64,000 nt of DNA from Armatimonadota bacterium (GTDB lineage Bacteria > Armatimonadota > HRBIN16). Shown in pieces: positions 1-10,176 of this stretch. A program made the translations under genes and the position numbers. The stretch is from the NCBI GenBank assembly GCA_963677485.1, contig OY781964.1, positions 3,200,001 through 3,264,000 on the forward strand, given 5' to 3'. Positions within the stretch are counted from its first letter, which is position 1; each line of letters starts with the position of its first letter. Below the pieces are notes generated by a model. It ran no database searches and was not told the DNA's origin. It saw nothing but the letters and a program-made list of their open reading frames with translations.

Positions 1-471
1 GGAGCCCCATCGGCCACTACCTTCAACCATTTGATATCGTGGACCGAGCATGACGACAAGGCGATCAAGTTATACTCCGGTTCTGCCGTATACTCCTGCG
101 ATTTCAACTTACCAAAAAACTGGGCCTCGGCTGGCAGTGTTGCGGTGCTCGATCTGGGCGATCTCCGCGAGCTAGCTGATGTGACACTCGACGGGCAGTC
201 TTTGGCCACACTGTGGCGACCGCCGTTCCGAGTAGACATCAGCAAGGCGGTGAAAACTGGGAGCAACCATCTGAAGGTGCTGGTGGTCAACACCTGGCTG
301 AACCGGTATGTCGGTGACCGCGGTCTGCCGCCGGAGCAGCGGGTTACGGTGGAAGGGCCGGCGTGTAGTGCCTATACGGCGGCCACGCCTCTGCCCCAGT
401 CCGGGTTGTTAGGTCCGGTCGTGATTTCCAGCGTGCCACGCGTCAAGGTTAATATGCATGAACACAAATAG
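1..471 (+). CDS. C-terminal fragment of a glycoside hydrolase (GH106 alpha-L-rhamnosidase-like / GH2 sugar-binding-type C-terminal domain), 5'-truncated by the window edge
   Basis: The frame is open from base 1. It carries LDLGDL..ADVTLDG..LW.PPFRVDI, N.L.V.VVNTW.NR and the terminal SGLLGPV motif typical of GH106-like C-termini. Confidence 0.7.
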   Translation, partial: GAPSATTFNHLISWTEHDDKAIKLYSGSAVYSCDFNLPKNWASAGSVAVLDLGDLRELADVTLDGQSLATLWRPPFRVDISKAVKTGSNHLKVLVVNTWLNRYVGDRGLPPEQRVTVEGPACSAYTAATPLPQSGLLGPVVISSVPRVKVNMHEHK

Positions 472-619
472 GGTGGGTCAGAGTGGACTGTCGGCTTGGG
501 TTTGCTTGTTCACCGGCTTCACATGGGATCACAGCGATGCCTGCCGGTGAAATAGGCTAGAATAATAACAATAAGTAAGTTATCCCCGATCAACATAGCG
601 ACGCACACAGGAGTGTCTT

Positions 620-2599
620 ATGCGAACATCCGCCTTAGCCGCCCTTCTTGGTATGGCGTGCCTCACCGGCACGATAATCTCAGCACATGCCGCCGTCAGG
701 GATATCTACCCTGATACATGGGTAGCCACCGATGGCATCGGACGCACGATGCCGAGTTATCAGCAGGCAGGCCCCGTGAAGAAGGACCAGCGGCGTGTGG
801 TCGGGATGTTCTACATCACTTGGCATACGGATAATGTCCACCGTGAGCATCCTTACCTGTCGGATGTTGCCAAATTATACCAGGCTACGCCCGAAGCGCG
901 TTTGGATGGCAAGAGCCCGCTGTGGAAAGATAGCGGATACCACTGGGGTGAGCCGGAGCTGGGATACTTCCTGAGCAAAGATGAGTATGTGATCCGCAAA
1001 GATATGTCCATGCTGGCCGATGCCGGCGTAGACGTGCTTGTGATGGATGTGACCAACGCGGTGCGATACTGGGATGAATGGAAAGTGCTGTTCACGGTGA
1101 TGCAGAAGATGAAGGCCGAAGGCAACAAGGTGCCTCAGTTCTGCTTCTGGGCATTCAACGGCCCATGCATCACGGTGGTGCAGGACTTATACGACAAGAT
1201 ATATAAACCGAGCAAGTATAAGAATCTTTGGTTCCACTGGGATGGCAAGCCGCTGATCTTATGGAACGGAAACCCCTCGCAGGACGCCAATGGTGCGAAC
1301 ATCCAAAATCCCAACCTCTATTACGATGCGAAAGCCAAGACAGACAAGAACCACCCGCACTACGGTGATCCCAAATACACCACGGAGTTTTTGACCGAAT
1401 ACCCCGCTGAGATCAAGCGGTTCTTTACCTCGCGCACGATGTGGTGGGGCTACCATGAGTGGGCAGGCAAACGCTTCATCGGCACAGAAGGCAACTGGTC
1501 CTTTGGCTATGACATGGGCGATAAGAAGGTCTCGGGCATGAACCCCGATGAGCTGGTATCGCGACACAACGGCAAGAAGGAAGAGGCGGCCGTCACTCCT
1601 GCACAGCATTCGCACACTCTGATCGGTAAGAGCTGGAGCCGTGAAACCGGCGAACCTGAACTGAACGACCAGGACTTGCCGATCAAGGCCTACGTGCCCT
1701 GGCTGAAGAAGACGGTGAAGAACCCCGAGGGCTATGGCATCTATTTCCAGCAGCGGTGGGACGAAGCACTCAAGGCGAACCCGCAGTTTATCTATATCAA
1801 TGACTGGAACGAATGGTCGGCCGGAAAATACCCAAATGACGCGGGGTTCATGCGACGCCAACACAGCAACTACGCCTTCATTGACCAGTACAACCCGGAG
1901 TTTAGCCGCACAGTGCAGCCGATGAAGGGTGGGTACACCGACAACTACTACATGCAGATGGCCCAGAACATCCGCAACTATAAAGGTATACGACCCATCC
2001 CCGTCAACCGCGGTATGAACACCGTGAGCATCAACGGCCGGTTTGACGACTGGGCATCGGTCAAGGTGGAATACCGTGACACCATTGGCGATGTGGTCCA
2101 CCGCGATTATCCCAGCTATGGCGAAGAACACTATGTCAACACATCGGGCCGCAATGACATCATCACCAGCAAGGCGGCGGTAGATGAGAAGAACCTCTAT
2201 TTCTACGTGCAGACCAACAAGCCCCTCACATCCTACACAGACCCCAACTGGATGCTGCTGTTCATCGATGCCGACCTGAACGCGAATACGGGCTGGTGCG
2301 GTTATGACTATGTGATCAACAAAACAGTCATTGATGGCAATACTACCACCATCAGCAAATACGCACCGGGCAGCGAGGGCTCTTGGCAGGTGGTCGGTGA
2401 GCTGAGCTACCGCCTCGACTGGGACAAGATGGAGATCGCAGTGCCCCGTGCGCTGCTGGGTCTGAAGGGCGATGCGCTGAGCTTTGACTTCAAGTGGGCC
2501 GATAACCCCGCGGATTTGAAGGATGCGATCTCGCTGTGCCTCGACGGCGACACCGCCCCCAACCGCCGATTCGCCTACCGCTTCATTTGGAAGCGGTAG
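620..2599 (+). CDS. Secreted putative glycoside hydrolase (GH99/GH71-like TIM barrel plus C-terminal beta domain), paralog 1 of 4 in tandem
   Basis: Signal peptide; AGGAG RBS; motifs VGMFYITWH, YHWGEPELGY, MLADAGVD, INDWNEW, DQYN.EF, DFKWADN. Confidence 0.75.
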   Translation: MRTSALAALLGMACLTGTIISAHAAVRDIYPDTWVATDGIGRTMPSYQQAGPVKKDQRRVVGMFYITWHTDNVHREHPYLSDVAKLYQATPEARLDGKSPLWKDSGYHWGEPELGYFLSKDEYVIRKDMSMLADAGVDVLVMDVTNAVRYWDEWKVLFTVMQKMKAEGNKVPQFCFWAFNGPCITVVQDLYDKIYKPSKYKNLWFHWDGKPLILWNGNPSQDANGANIQNPNLYYDAKAKTDKNHPHYGDPKYTTEFLTEYPAEIKRFFTSRTMWWGYHEWAGKRFIGTEGNWSFGYDMGDKKVSGMNPDELVSRHNGKKEEAAVTPAQHSHTLIGKSWSRETGEPELNDQDLPIKAYVPWLKKTVKNPEGYGIYFQQRWDEALKANPQFIYINDWNEWSAGKYPNDAGFMRRQHSNYAFIDQYNPEFSRTVQPMKGGYTDNYYMQMAQNIRNYKGIRPIPVNRGMNTVSINGRFDDWASVKVEYRDTIGDVVHRDYPSYGEEHYVNTSGRNDIITSKAAVDEKNLYFYVQTNKPLTSYTDPNWMLLFIDADLNANTGWCGYDYVINKTVIDGNTTTISKYAPGSEGSWQVVGELSYRLDWDKMEIAVPRALLGLKGDALSFDFKWADNPADLKDAISLCLDGDTAPNRRFAYRFIWKR

Positions 2600-2645
2600 A
2601 GGGTGCTGATATGAACTTATTTCGTAACCGTGTAAGGAGTTTTCG

Positions 2646-4631
2646 ATGAGAAGAGCGATCTTGGCACTGCTGCTTGGTGTGTTTTGCGCATCCGCCAGCG
2701 TGCAGTCGGCGGAGCCAAAATTCCGCGACATCTACCCCGATACCTGGGTGGGTTCGGATGCATTAGGACGAACCATGCCAACTATCGAGCAGGTTGGTCC
2801 TGTGAAGAAGGACCAGCGCCGCGTGGTGGGCATGTACTACATCACCTGGCACCGTGATGTGAACAAGAATCTGAAGAGCCCATACGGTGGCGATGTCTCT
2901 AAAATCCTCGCGCAAGACCCCTCGGCACGGCTCGATGCGAAGAACCCGTTGTGGAAGGAGTTCAGCTACCACTGGGGTGAGCCAGAGGATGGGTATTTCC
3001 TGAGCAAGGATGAGTATGTTATCCGTAAAGACATGTCGATGCTGGCCGATGCCGGGGTGGATGTGATTATCCTGGATGTCACCAATGCGGTCGAATACTG
3101 GGACGAGTGGAGCGTGCTGCTGCCCCTGATGCAGAAGATGAAGGCGGAAGGCATCAAGGTGCCCAAGTTCTGCTTCTGGGCCTTCAACGGGCCCGTGATC
3201 ACGGTGGTGCAGGACCTGTATGAGACCATCTACAAGCCCGGCTTGTATAAGGACATGTGGTTCTATTGGGATGGTAAGCCGCTGCTTCTGTATAACAACC
3301 TGGGCGTGAATGACGTCGGCGGTAAGCTGGTCAGTCCAAACCATCATTACGATCCCAAAGCCAAAACCGACCCAAATAATCCTCACTACGGTGACCCAGA
3401 CTTCGCAGAAGAGTTCTACCAGGACTACACCAAAGAGGTGAGGAGTTTCTTCACCACGCGCACTATGTGGTGGGGCTACCATATGTGGGCAGGCAAGCGG
3501 TTCCTCGGCACCGAAGATAACTGGGCATACGGATATGAGCTGCTTGACGCCAAAAACCGTGGGATGAACCCTGACGACCTGCTCTCTACCCATAAAGGAG
3601 TTAAGGAACAGGCGGCCGTCACCGCCGCCCAACACGCCATCTGGGGTGCCGGGAAAAGCTGGTCACGCAAAACATACGATCCCAAATTGAACGACCAAGA
3701 TCTTCCGGTGCCAACCTATGTGCCGTGGCTGGGCAAGACGGTGGAGCATCCTGAGGGTTACGGCATCTATTTCCAGGAACGCTGGGATGAGGCGATCAAG
3801 TCCAAGCCGCAGTTCCTGTATGTGAATGACTGGAACGAATGGACCGCCATCAAGTTCCCGACCCCCAATGAACCGCCGTCGATCACACCGTTCTTGGGCC
3901 GTCAGAACCCGTATTTCTTTGTCGACCAGTATAACGCGGAGTTCAACCGCACCATCCAGCCCATGAAGGGTGGGTATACGGACAACTACTACATGCAGCT
4001 CGCGCAGAACGTGAGGCGGTATAAGGGCGTCCGTCCGATTCCTGTGGTGCGTGGATTGGCCACGATGAATATCGACGGTAAATATACCGACTGGAACAAA
4101 GTGAAGGTGGAGTATCGCGATACATTGGGTGATGTGGCCCATCGTGACTATCCAGGCTACGCCGGCGCGCACTATGTGAACACATCGGGCCGCAACGACA
4201 TCATGACCAGCAAGGTGGCAGTCGATGGCAAGGTTGTCTACTTCTATGCTCAGACCAGCAAACCGCTGACACCCTCTAGCGGTAAAAACTGGATGCTGCT
4301 GTTGATCGACGCTGACAAGAACCCCAAAACCGGCTGGTACGGCTACGACTACCTGGTCAACCGCAGCGTGTTAGACAAGAATAAGACCATCATCATGAAG
4401 TACAAGGGCAAGAATTGGGTGAATGTGGCCAAGCTAGATTATCGCTACTCCGGCAAATCCCTGGAGCTGGCGATACCTCGCTCGCTGCTGGGTCTGAAGG
4501 GCAACTCCCTCAGCTTCGACTTCAAATGGGCGGATAACCCGGCGGATTTGAAGGACCCCATCTCGCTATGCATCAACGGTGACACCGCGCCGAACCGGCG
4601 GTTCAATTACCGCTGCATTTGGCAGAGGTAG
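2646..4631 (+). CDS. Secreted putative glycoside hydrolase (GH99/GH71-like), paralog 2
   Basis: Same motifs as paralog 1; AAGGAG RBS; signal peptide. Confidence 0.75.
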   Translation: MRRAILALLLGVFCASASVQSAEPKFRDIYPDTWVGSDALGRTMPTIEQVGPVKKDQRRVVGMYYITWHRDVNKNLKSPYGGDVSKILAQDPSARLDAKNPLWKEFSYHWGEPEDGYFLSKDEYVIRKDMSMLADAGVDVIILDVTNAVEYWDEWSVLLPLMQKMKAEGIKVPKFCFWAFNGPVITVVQDLYETIYKPGLYKDMWFYWDGKPLLLYNNLGVNDVGGKLVSPNHHYDPKAKTDPNNPHYGDPDFAEEFYQDYTKEVRSFFTTRTMWWGYHMWAGKRFLGTEDNWAYGYELLDAKNRGMNPDDLLSTHKGVKEQAAVTAAQHAIWGAGKSWSRKTYDPKLNDQDLPVPTYVPWLGKTVEHPEGYGIYFQERWDEAIKSKPQFLYVNDWNEWTAIKFPTPNEPPSITPFLGRQNPYFFVDQYNAEFNRTIQPMKGGYTDNYYMQLAQNVRRYKGVRPIPVVRGLATMNIDGKYTDWNKVKVEYRDTLGDVAHRDYPGYAGAHYVNTSGRNDIMTSKVAVDGKVVYFYAQTSKPLTPSSGKNWMLLLIDADKNPKTGWYGYDYLVNRSVLDKNKTIIMKYKGKNWVNVAKLDYRYSGKSLELAIPRSLLGLKGNSLSFDFKWADNPADLKDPISLCINGDTAPNRRFNYRCIWQR

Positions 4632-4644
4632 CATCGGGACAGCT

Positions 4645-4731
4645 GTCGTAGGTGCGTCCCTTGTGGGCGCCCTAATCGTTGTTCATTCGATAGTTAATGT
4701 TTAGGGCGCCCACAAGGGACGCCCCTACGAC
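4645..4731. repeat. REP-like palindromic element, family A (GTAGGGGCG-type arms)
   Basis: Arms gtcgtaggtgcgtcccttgtgggcgccctaa / ttagggcgcccacaagggacgcccctacgac. A reverse-complement copy lies at 39518-39604. Confidence 0.8.
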
Positions 4732-4803
4732 TAGTTATTAATAAGCACCTGCCAGTGCTGACACGGCAGCCCGAAGGTAAATGATATAGCCCCGGCAATT
4801 GCC

Positions 4804-4961
4804 TATGTCCGGGGCGGTCTGTCCGTAGGCTTGCGGTTGCAGAAGGCTCGAGACCGCGCCGGTCTGGCGGTTAGCCTCCCAGGTGGGGTATCGGGAACAA
4901 GACCGGCGCGGTCCGCAAACAGTGGCCTCCGCAGGCGTACTGACAGACCGCCCCGGACATA
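4804..4961. repeat. MITE/REP-like element, family B, with 20-bp perfect terminal inverted repeats
   Basis: tatgtccggggcggtctgtc (4804-4823) and gacagaccgccccggacata (4942-4961). A diverged inverted copy lies at 30584-30742. Confidence 0.75.
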
Positions 4962-4993
4962 ACCAATCTAGTTATTAACGAGGAGAGAATCTC

Positions 4994-6973
4994 ATGCGAA
5001 ATCTATGTGTCATGGCGATAAGCCTTCTATGCTTGTCTGCAGGGGTTCTCTCTGCCGCACCCGCCGTGCGTGACATCTACCCAGATACCTGGGTGGGTAG
5101 TGATGCTCTTGGCCGGGCAATGCCCACCCAGGAGCAGACGGGTCCGCTCAAGCGGGACCATCGGCGTGATGTCGGCATCTTCTATGTCACCTGGCACACG
5201 GAAAACTTCAAGGGGCTGCCCAGCCCATACACCGGTGATGTCACGGAGATATACCGTAAGGACCCCAGTGCGCGTCTTGATGGCAATAACCCGTTGTGGC
5301 AGCATGGCATGTATCACTGGGGGAAGCCTGAGATAGGCTATTTCCTGAGCCAGGATGAATATGTGATCCGTAAAGATATGTCCATGCTGGCTGATGCGGG
5401 CGTGGATGTGGTGATACTGGATGTCACCAATGCCGTGCGCTACTGGGAAGAGTGGGAGGTGCTCCTCCCCGTGATGCAGAAGATGAAGAACGAGGGCAAC
5501 AAGGTGCCGCGGTTCTGCTTCTGGGTGTTCAATGGAGATGCCATCCGGGTAGTGCAGGAACTGTATGACCGAATCTACAAAGACGCCAGGTTTAAGGATC
5601 TATGGTACTACTGGGACGGCAAGCCGCTGTTGCTTTACAATGCCAGCCCGGCCACAGATGCCACCGGCTCCGTTCCGGTCAACAAAAACCTGTATTATGA
5701 CGCGAAGGCCAAGACCGATCCCAGCAATCCCCATTTCGGCGACCCAAAGTACACCACAGAGATACTCACCGACTACCCAGATGATATCAAGAGCTTCTTC
5801 ACCACACGCAACATGTGGTGGGGGTATTACGAGTGGGCGGGCAAGCGGTTTGTGGGCACAGAGGGGAACTGGTCGCTTGGTTATGATCTTGGTGATAAGG
5901 CCGTGCAGAAGATGAACCCGGTCGATCTGGCTGCGACCTGGAAAGGCAAACGCGAGGAGGTCGCGGTCGCACCCGGGCAGCACTCGCATACGCTCATCGG
6001 CAAGAGCTGGAGCCGTGAGCAGGGGGAGCCGGAGCTGAACGAATACGACCTGCCGACAAAGGCGTTTGTGCCATGGCTGGGCAAGACGGTGAAGAACCCT
6101 GAAAACTACGGTATATACTTCCAACAGCGGTTTGACGAGGCGTTAGCGGCCGACCCTCAGTTTATGTATATCAACGACTGGAATGAATGGACCGCAGGCA
6201 AGTGGAAGTGGGAGAGCGGATTTATGCGACGCCCCATCAGCAACTTTGTGTTCATCGACCAGTATAACACCGAGTTCAACCGCACCATCCAGCCCATGGA
6301 GGGCGGATACACCGACAACTACTACATGCAGATGGCACAGAACATCCGTAAGTATAAGGGAGCCCGTCCGGTGCCGGTGAACAGAGGTATCAGCCCGATC
6401 CGTATCAACGGCCGGTTTGACGACTGGAATGCGGTCAAGGTCGAATATCGTGACACCATCGCCGATGTGTTTCATCGCGACCATCCGGGTTATGGGGAGC
6501 CGAAAATCACCAACAACTCCGGCCGGAATGATATCATCACCAGCAAGCTGGCGGTGGATGACCAGAACCTCTATTTCTACGTGCAAACAAGCAAGACGAT
6601 GAGTCCTCATAGCGACCCGAACTGGATGTTGTTGCTGATTGATGCAGATCAGAACCCCAACACCGGCTGGTATGGATATGACTATCTCATCAATAAGCAA
6701 GTTTTGGGAGACGATGTGACGACGATCTGCCGGTATCAACCCGGCCAGCCAGAGCCGTGGCAGGTGGTGGGTGAGTTGAAATACCGTGTCTATGGCGCGA
6801 AGATGGAGCTGGCGGTGCCTCGCGCCTTGCTGGGTCTGAAGGGCAGCAGCTTCACGTTTGACTTCAAGTGGGCGGATAACCCGGCGGACCTGAAAGACCC
6901 GATCTCGCTGTGCCTCAACGGCGACACCGCCCCCAACCGACGGTTCAACTACCGCTGTATTTGGCAGAGGTAG
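4994..6973 (+). CDS. Secreted putative glycoside hydrolase (GH99/GH71-like), paralog 3
   Basis: Same motifs; GAGGAG RBS; signal peptide. Confidence 0.75.
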   Translation: MRNLCVMAISLLCLSAGVLSAAPAVRDIYPDTWVGSDALGRAMPTQEQTGPLKRDHRRDVGIFYVTWHTENFKGLPSPYTGDVTEIYRKDPSARLDGNNPLWQHGMYHWGKPEIGYFLSQDEYVIRKDMSMLADAGVDVVILDVTNAVRYWEEWEVLLPVMQKMKNEGNKVPRFCFWVFNGDAIRVVQELYDRIYKDARFKDLWYYWDGKPLLLYNASPATDATGSVPVNKNLYYDAKAKTDPSNPHFGDPKYTTEILTDYPDDIKSFFTTRNMWWGYYEWAGKRFVGTEGNWSLGYDLGDKAVQKMNPVDLAATWKGKREEVAVAPGQHSHTLIGKSWSREQGEPELNEYDLPTKAFVPWLGKTVKNPENYGIYFQQRFDEALAADPQFMYINDWNEWTAGKWKWESGFMRRPISNFVFIDQYNTEFNRTIQPMEGGYTDNYYMQMAQNIRKYKGARPVPVNRGISPIRINGRFDDWNAVKVEYRDTIADVFHRDHPGYGEPKITNNSGRNDIITSKLAVDDQNLYFYVQTSKTMSPHSDPNWMLLLIDADQNPNTGWYGYDYLINKQVLGDDVTTICRYQPGQPEPWQVVGELKYRVYGAKMELAVPRALLGLKGSSFTFDFKWADNPADLKDPISLCLNGDTAPNRRFNYRCIWQR

Positions 6974-7215
6974 GCAAGAACAGCAATCAACCTAAGCATC
7001 GGACGGATCGCGGACGACGAAACACCGTGGTTCTGCAACCCAGCGACTACCAATGGTTTTACGAAACCGCTGAGCTGTGGGGTTGTGTGGCGCAACTTAT
7101 CACTGCAGACATGGGTTAGAATGAATACAACAGCTGGATGGAAGCGATGTTTCGCATAGTCCAACTCACGCAACCTGTGAAACCACCTGACTAGCTAACT
7201 TGTAAGGAGTTTTCG

Positions 7216-9189
7216 ATGAGAAGAGCGATCTTGGCACTGCTGCTTGGTGTGTTCTGCACATCAGCAAGCGTGCAATCGGCGGAGCCGAAAATCCGTGACA
7301 TCTACCCTGACACCTGGGTGGGTATTGATGCCATTAACCGGACGATGCCTACCTATCAACAGGTTGGTCCCGTCAAAAAAGACCAGCGGCGTGTGGTGGG
7401 GATATTCTATATCACCTGGCATACCAATAACTACAAGGACATGAAAAGTCCATACCTGGCTGATGTGTCCAAGGTTCTGGCCAAAGACCCTAGTGCCCGC
7501 CTGGATGGCAACAACCCTGGCTGGACCGAAGGCAGCTACCACTGGGGTGAGCCTGAGATGGGCTATTTCCTCAGTCAGGATGAGTATGTGATTCGCAAAG
7601 ATATGTCGATGCTGGCCGATGCCGGTGTGGATGTGCTTGTGATGGACGTCACCAATGCTGTTCGGTATTGGGACGAGTGGAATGTGCTGTTTCCCATCAT
7701 GCAGAAGATGAAGGCCGAAGGCACGAAGGTACCGAAGTTCTGCTTCTGGGCTTTTAATGGTCCATGCATCACCGTGGTGCAGGACCTATACGAAAAAGTC
7801 TATAAAGTGAACAAGTATAAAGACCTGTGGTTTATGTGGGACGGAAAGCCGTTACTGTTATACAATGGTTCACCCGCTTCCGATGCCAATGGCGGCGGTG
7901 TGCAGAATCCAAACCCCAACTATGATGCCGCAGCGAAAACTGATCCGAACAACCCGCATTACGGAGACCCTGACTACACCGAGGAGTTCTACAAAGACTA
8001 CACCAAAGAGGTGAAAAACAGCTTCACCTTACGCTCAATGTGGTGGGGATATGACAGTTGGGCCGGTAAGAAGTATGTCGGCGGCGAAGACAACTGGAGC
8101 TTCGGATATGATCTAGGCGATGAGAAGAATAAGGTCAAGAACCCTATCGACCTGGTTTCAACTCACAAAGGCAAGAAAGAAGAAGCCGCAGTGACCCCTG
8201 GACAGCACCCTTCGAGTCTGATCGGCAAGAGCTGGACGCGCGAAAAGGGTGAGCCACAATTAAACGACCATGACCTCCCTGTGCCGACCTATGTGCCATG
8301 GCTGAAGAAGACTGTGAAGAACCCGGAAGCTTACGGCATCTACTTCCAGCAGCGATGGGATGAGGCGATCGCCGCTAATCCGCAGTTCCTGTACATCAAC
8401 GACTGGAACGAGTGGACGGCTGGGAAATACCCAACCACCGGCGAGTTCATGCGCCGCAAAAACCCCGGATATTTCTTTGTGGACCAGTATAACGCCGAGT
8501 TCAACCGCTGCGTCCAGCCCGTGAAGGGTGGTTATACTGACAATTACTACATGCAGATGGCTCAGAACATCCGACGATATAAGGGTGTTCGCCCGATCCC
8601 TGAATTGAAGGGACTGTCGAGCATCAAGCTGGACGGAAACTTCGCCGACTGGGTAAAGTCGAAAGTGGAATATCGAGATACCGCAGACGATGTATTCCAT
8701 CGTGACCATCTAGGTTACGGCGGTATCCGCTACACCAACGACTCCGGCCGCAATGACATCATCACCAGCAAAGTGGCTGTAGACAGCAAGATGGTCTACT
8801 TCAATGCTCAAACCAGCAAGCCATTGACGCCATCTTCAGATAAGAACTGGATGCTTCTGTTGATCGATGCTGACAAGAACCCCAAAACCGGCTGGTACGG
8901 ATATGACTACCTGATCAACCGCAGCGTGTTGAACTCCAACAAGACCACCATCATGAAGTATAAAGGCAAGAACTGGGTGACGGTGGGCAAGCTAGACTAC
9001 CGGTATGCAGGTAAGGCGCTTGAGCTGGCAGTGCCTCGTGAGCTGCTGGGTCTGAAGCGCAATAGCTTTGCGTTTGACTTCAAATGGGCAGACAATCCGG
9101 CTGATCTGAAGGATCCCATCTCGCTGTGCCTCAACGGTGACACCGCACCGAACCGACGGTTTAACTACCGCTGTATCTGGAGTAAGTAG
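7216..9189 (+). CDS. Secreted putative glycoside hydrolase (GH99/GH71-like), paralog 4
   Basis: Same motifs. The RBS and start of the signal peptide are identical in DNA to paralog 2. Confidence 0.75.
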   Translation: MRRAILALLLGVFCTSASVQSAEPKIRDIYPDTWVGIDAINRTMPTYQQVGPVKKDQRRVVGIFYITWHTNNYKDMKSPYLADVSKVLAKDPSARLDGNNPGWTEGSYHWGEPEMGYFLSQDEYVIRKDMSMLADAGVDVLVMDVTNAVRYWDEWNVLFPIMQKMKAEGTKVPKFCFWAFNGPCITVVQDLYEKVYKVNKYKDLWFMWDGKPLLLYNGSPASDANGGGVQNPNPNYDAAAKTDPNNPHYGDPDYTEEFYKDYTKEVKNSFTLRSMWWGYDSWAGKKYVGGEDNWSFGYDLGDEKNKVKNPIDLVSTHKGKKEEAAVTPGQHPSSLIGKSWTREKGEPQLNDHDLPVPTYVPWLKKTVKNPEAYGIYFQQRWDEAIAANPQFLYINDWNEWTAGKYPTTGEFMRRKNPGYFFVDQYNAEFNRCVQPVKGGYTDNYYMQMAQNIRRYKGVRPIPELKGLSSIKLDGNFADWVKSKVEYRDTADDVFHRDHLGYGGIRYTNDSGRNDIITSKVAVDSKMVYFNAQTSKPLTPSSDKNWMLLLIDADKNPKTGWYGYDYLINRSVLNSNKTTIMKYKGKNWVTVGKLDYRYAGKALELAVPRELLGLKRNSFAFDFKWADNPADLKDPISLCLNGDTAPNRRFNYRCIWSK

Positions 9190-9194
9190 CAAGG

Positions 9195-9238
9195 TGCTAG
9201 ATACTACCGGCAGTAAATCCCGCCGGTAGTATCTAGCA
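9195..9238 (+). terminator. Long hairpin ending the GH cluster
   Basis: 17-bp perfect stem tgctagatactaccggc/gccggtagtatctagca directly after the stop codon; no U-tract. Confidence 0.55.
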
Positions 9239-9248
9239 AGTAATGGAT

Positions 9249-9275
9249 TGAAACATTCTGAACGGTGCTACGTCT
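9249..9275 (+). promoter_or_regulatory. Putative ECF sigma promoter TGAAAC-N16-CGTCT
   Basis: Matches the SigW/SigM-type ECF consensus. The same motif and spacing occur at 36028-36054. Confidence 0.55.
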
Positions 9276-9326
9276 GTACTGATGTGACATACTGAATCAC
9301 ATCGCAAATTCTATGGAGGATGTCCC

Positions 9327-10052
9327 ATGAAAAAGAGTCTCACACTGTTTCTGGTATCATTAGCAACCGCGAGCTTGATCTCCATGGCAATGGCCCAGCA
9401 GCCAGATAATGGCGGACAGCAGCAAGGCGGTCAACAACAAGGCGGCCAACGCCAAGGTCAGGGCAACAGGAACCAGGGTCAGGGTATGAACCGCCAAATG
9501 GGTGGCATGAACCGTCAACCATCAGCACCAACCATCAAACTAGGTAACTCTGGCGTGTTTGTGGTGCAGGCCTCAGGCGTCATGAAACTTGACCCGACTA
9601 ACCTTACGCCGATGACTCAGGTGGCCCTTCTACCCGCGAATGCAACGGGAGCCGCAAGTTCTCAGCGCGTGCCCGGACCTGGTGATACACCAGCGGCCCC
9701 TGCAGGGGGCGGTATGGGCATGATGATGTCGGCCAGTTGTGAACTGGGAGCCGATGACGCACTTTACTGTGTGGTAGGCCCATATTATGTGCATATCGAC
9801 GGCAAGACGATGAAGGATGTCGCCCGGTTTGCTCTCTACGCTGTTCCTGCCATGCCCCAGCAGACTGCTGATCCACAGGATCCGCAAGCTCAAAGTCAGC
9901 AGATGATGCAGATGATGCAGATGATGCAGCCCTCACAGTTACAGCTAAAGGGTAATCGTCTGCTGGTTGCTACTGGCGGACGCGTGATATTAATAGACAC
10001 CGCCAGTGACACGATAATCGCAACCTTCCCCGCTGCCAAGCCGGAAAAGTAA
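9327..10052 (+). CDS. Secreted hypothetical protein with Q/G/M-rich low-complexity segments
   Basis: GGAGG RBS; signal peptide (AMA-Q); QQQGG and QMMQMMQMMQ repeats. Confidence 0.7.
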   Translation: MKKSLTLFLVSLATASLISMAMAQQPDNGGQQQGGQQQGGQRQGQGNRNQGQGMNRQMGGMNRQPSAPTIKLGNSGVFVVQASGVMKLDPTNLTPMTQVALLPANATGAASSQRVPGPGDTPAAPAGGGMGMMMSASCELGADDALYCVVGPYYVHIDGKTMKDVARFALYAVPAMPQQTADPQDPQAQSQQMMQMMQMMQPSQLQLKGNRLLVATGGRVILIDTASDTIIATFPAAKPEK

Positions 10053-10069
10053 CTCGACCTGATGATACG

Positions 10070-10099
10070 AACAGGGGCTGAAAACATTCAGCCCCTGTT
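10070..10099 (+). terminator. Hairpin/terminator
   Basis: aacaggggctgaa-aaca-ttcagcccctgtt after the stop codon. Confidence 0.55.
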
Positions 10100-10176
10100 G
10101 ACCAGCGAACAAGCCACATTCCGCCTCCGTTTCCGATAAACTGCATTTGTAGACCACAGAGCAGGAGCCAGACCGC

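Noticed and set aside
1259-2731. Long antisense ORFs (e.g. 1259-2731, 13405-14322, 28869-29780, 44305-45339, 55571-56536, 61407-62267)
   Set aside because: They are shadows of real genes on the opposite strand in GC-rich DNA and carry no protein motifs.
6975-7200. Possible gene remnant between GH paralogs 3 and 4
   Set aside because: Only short frames with no recognisable motif; cannot be supported without a search.
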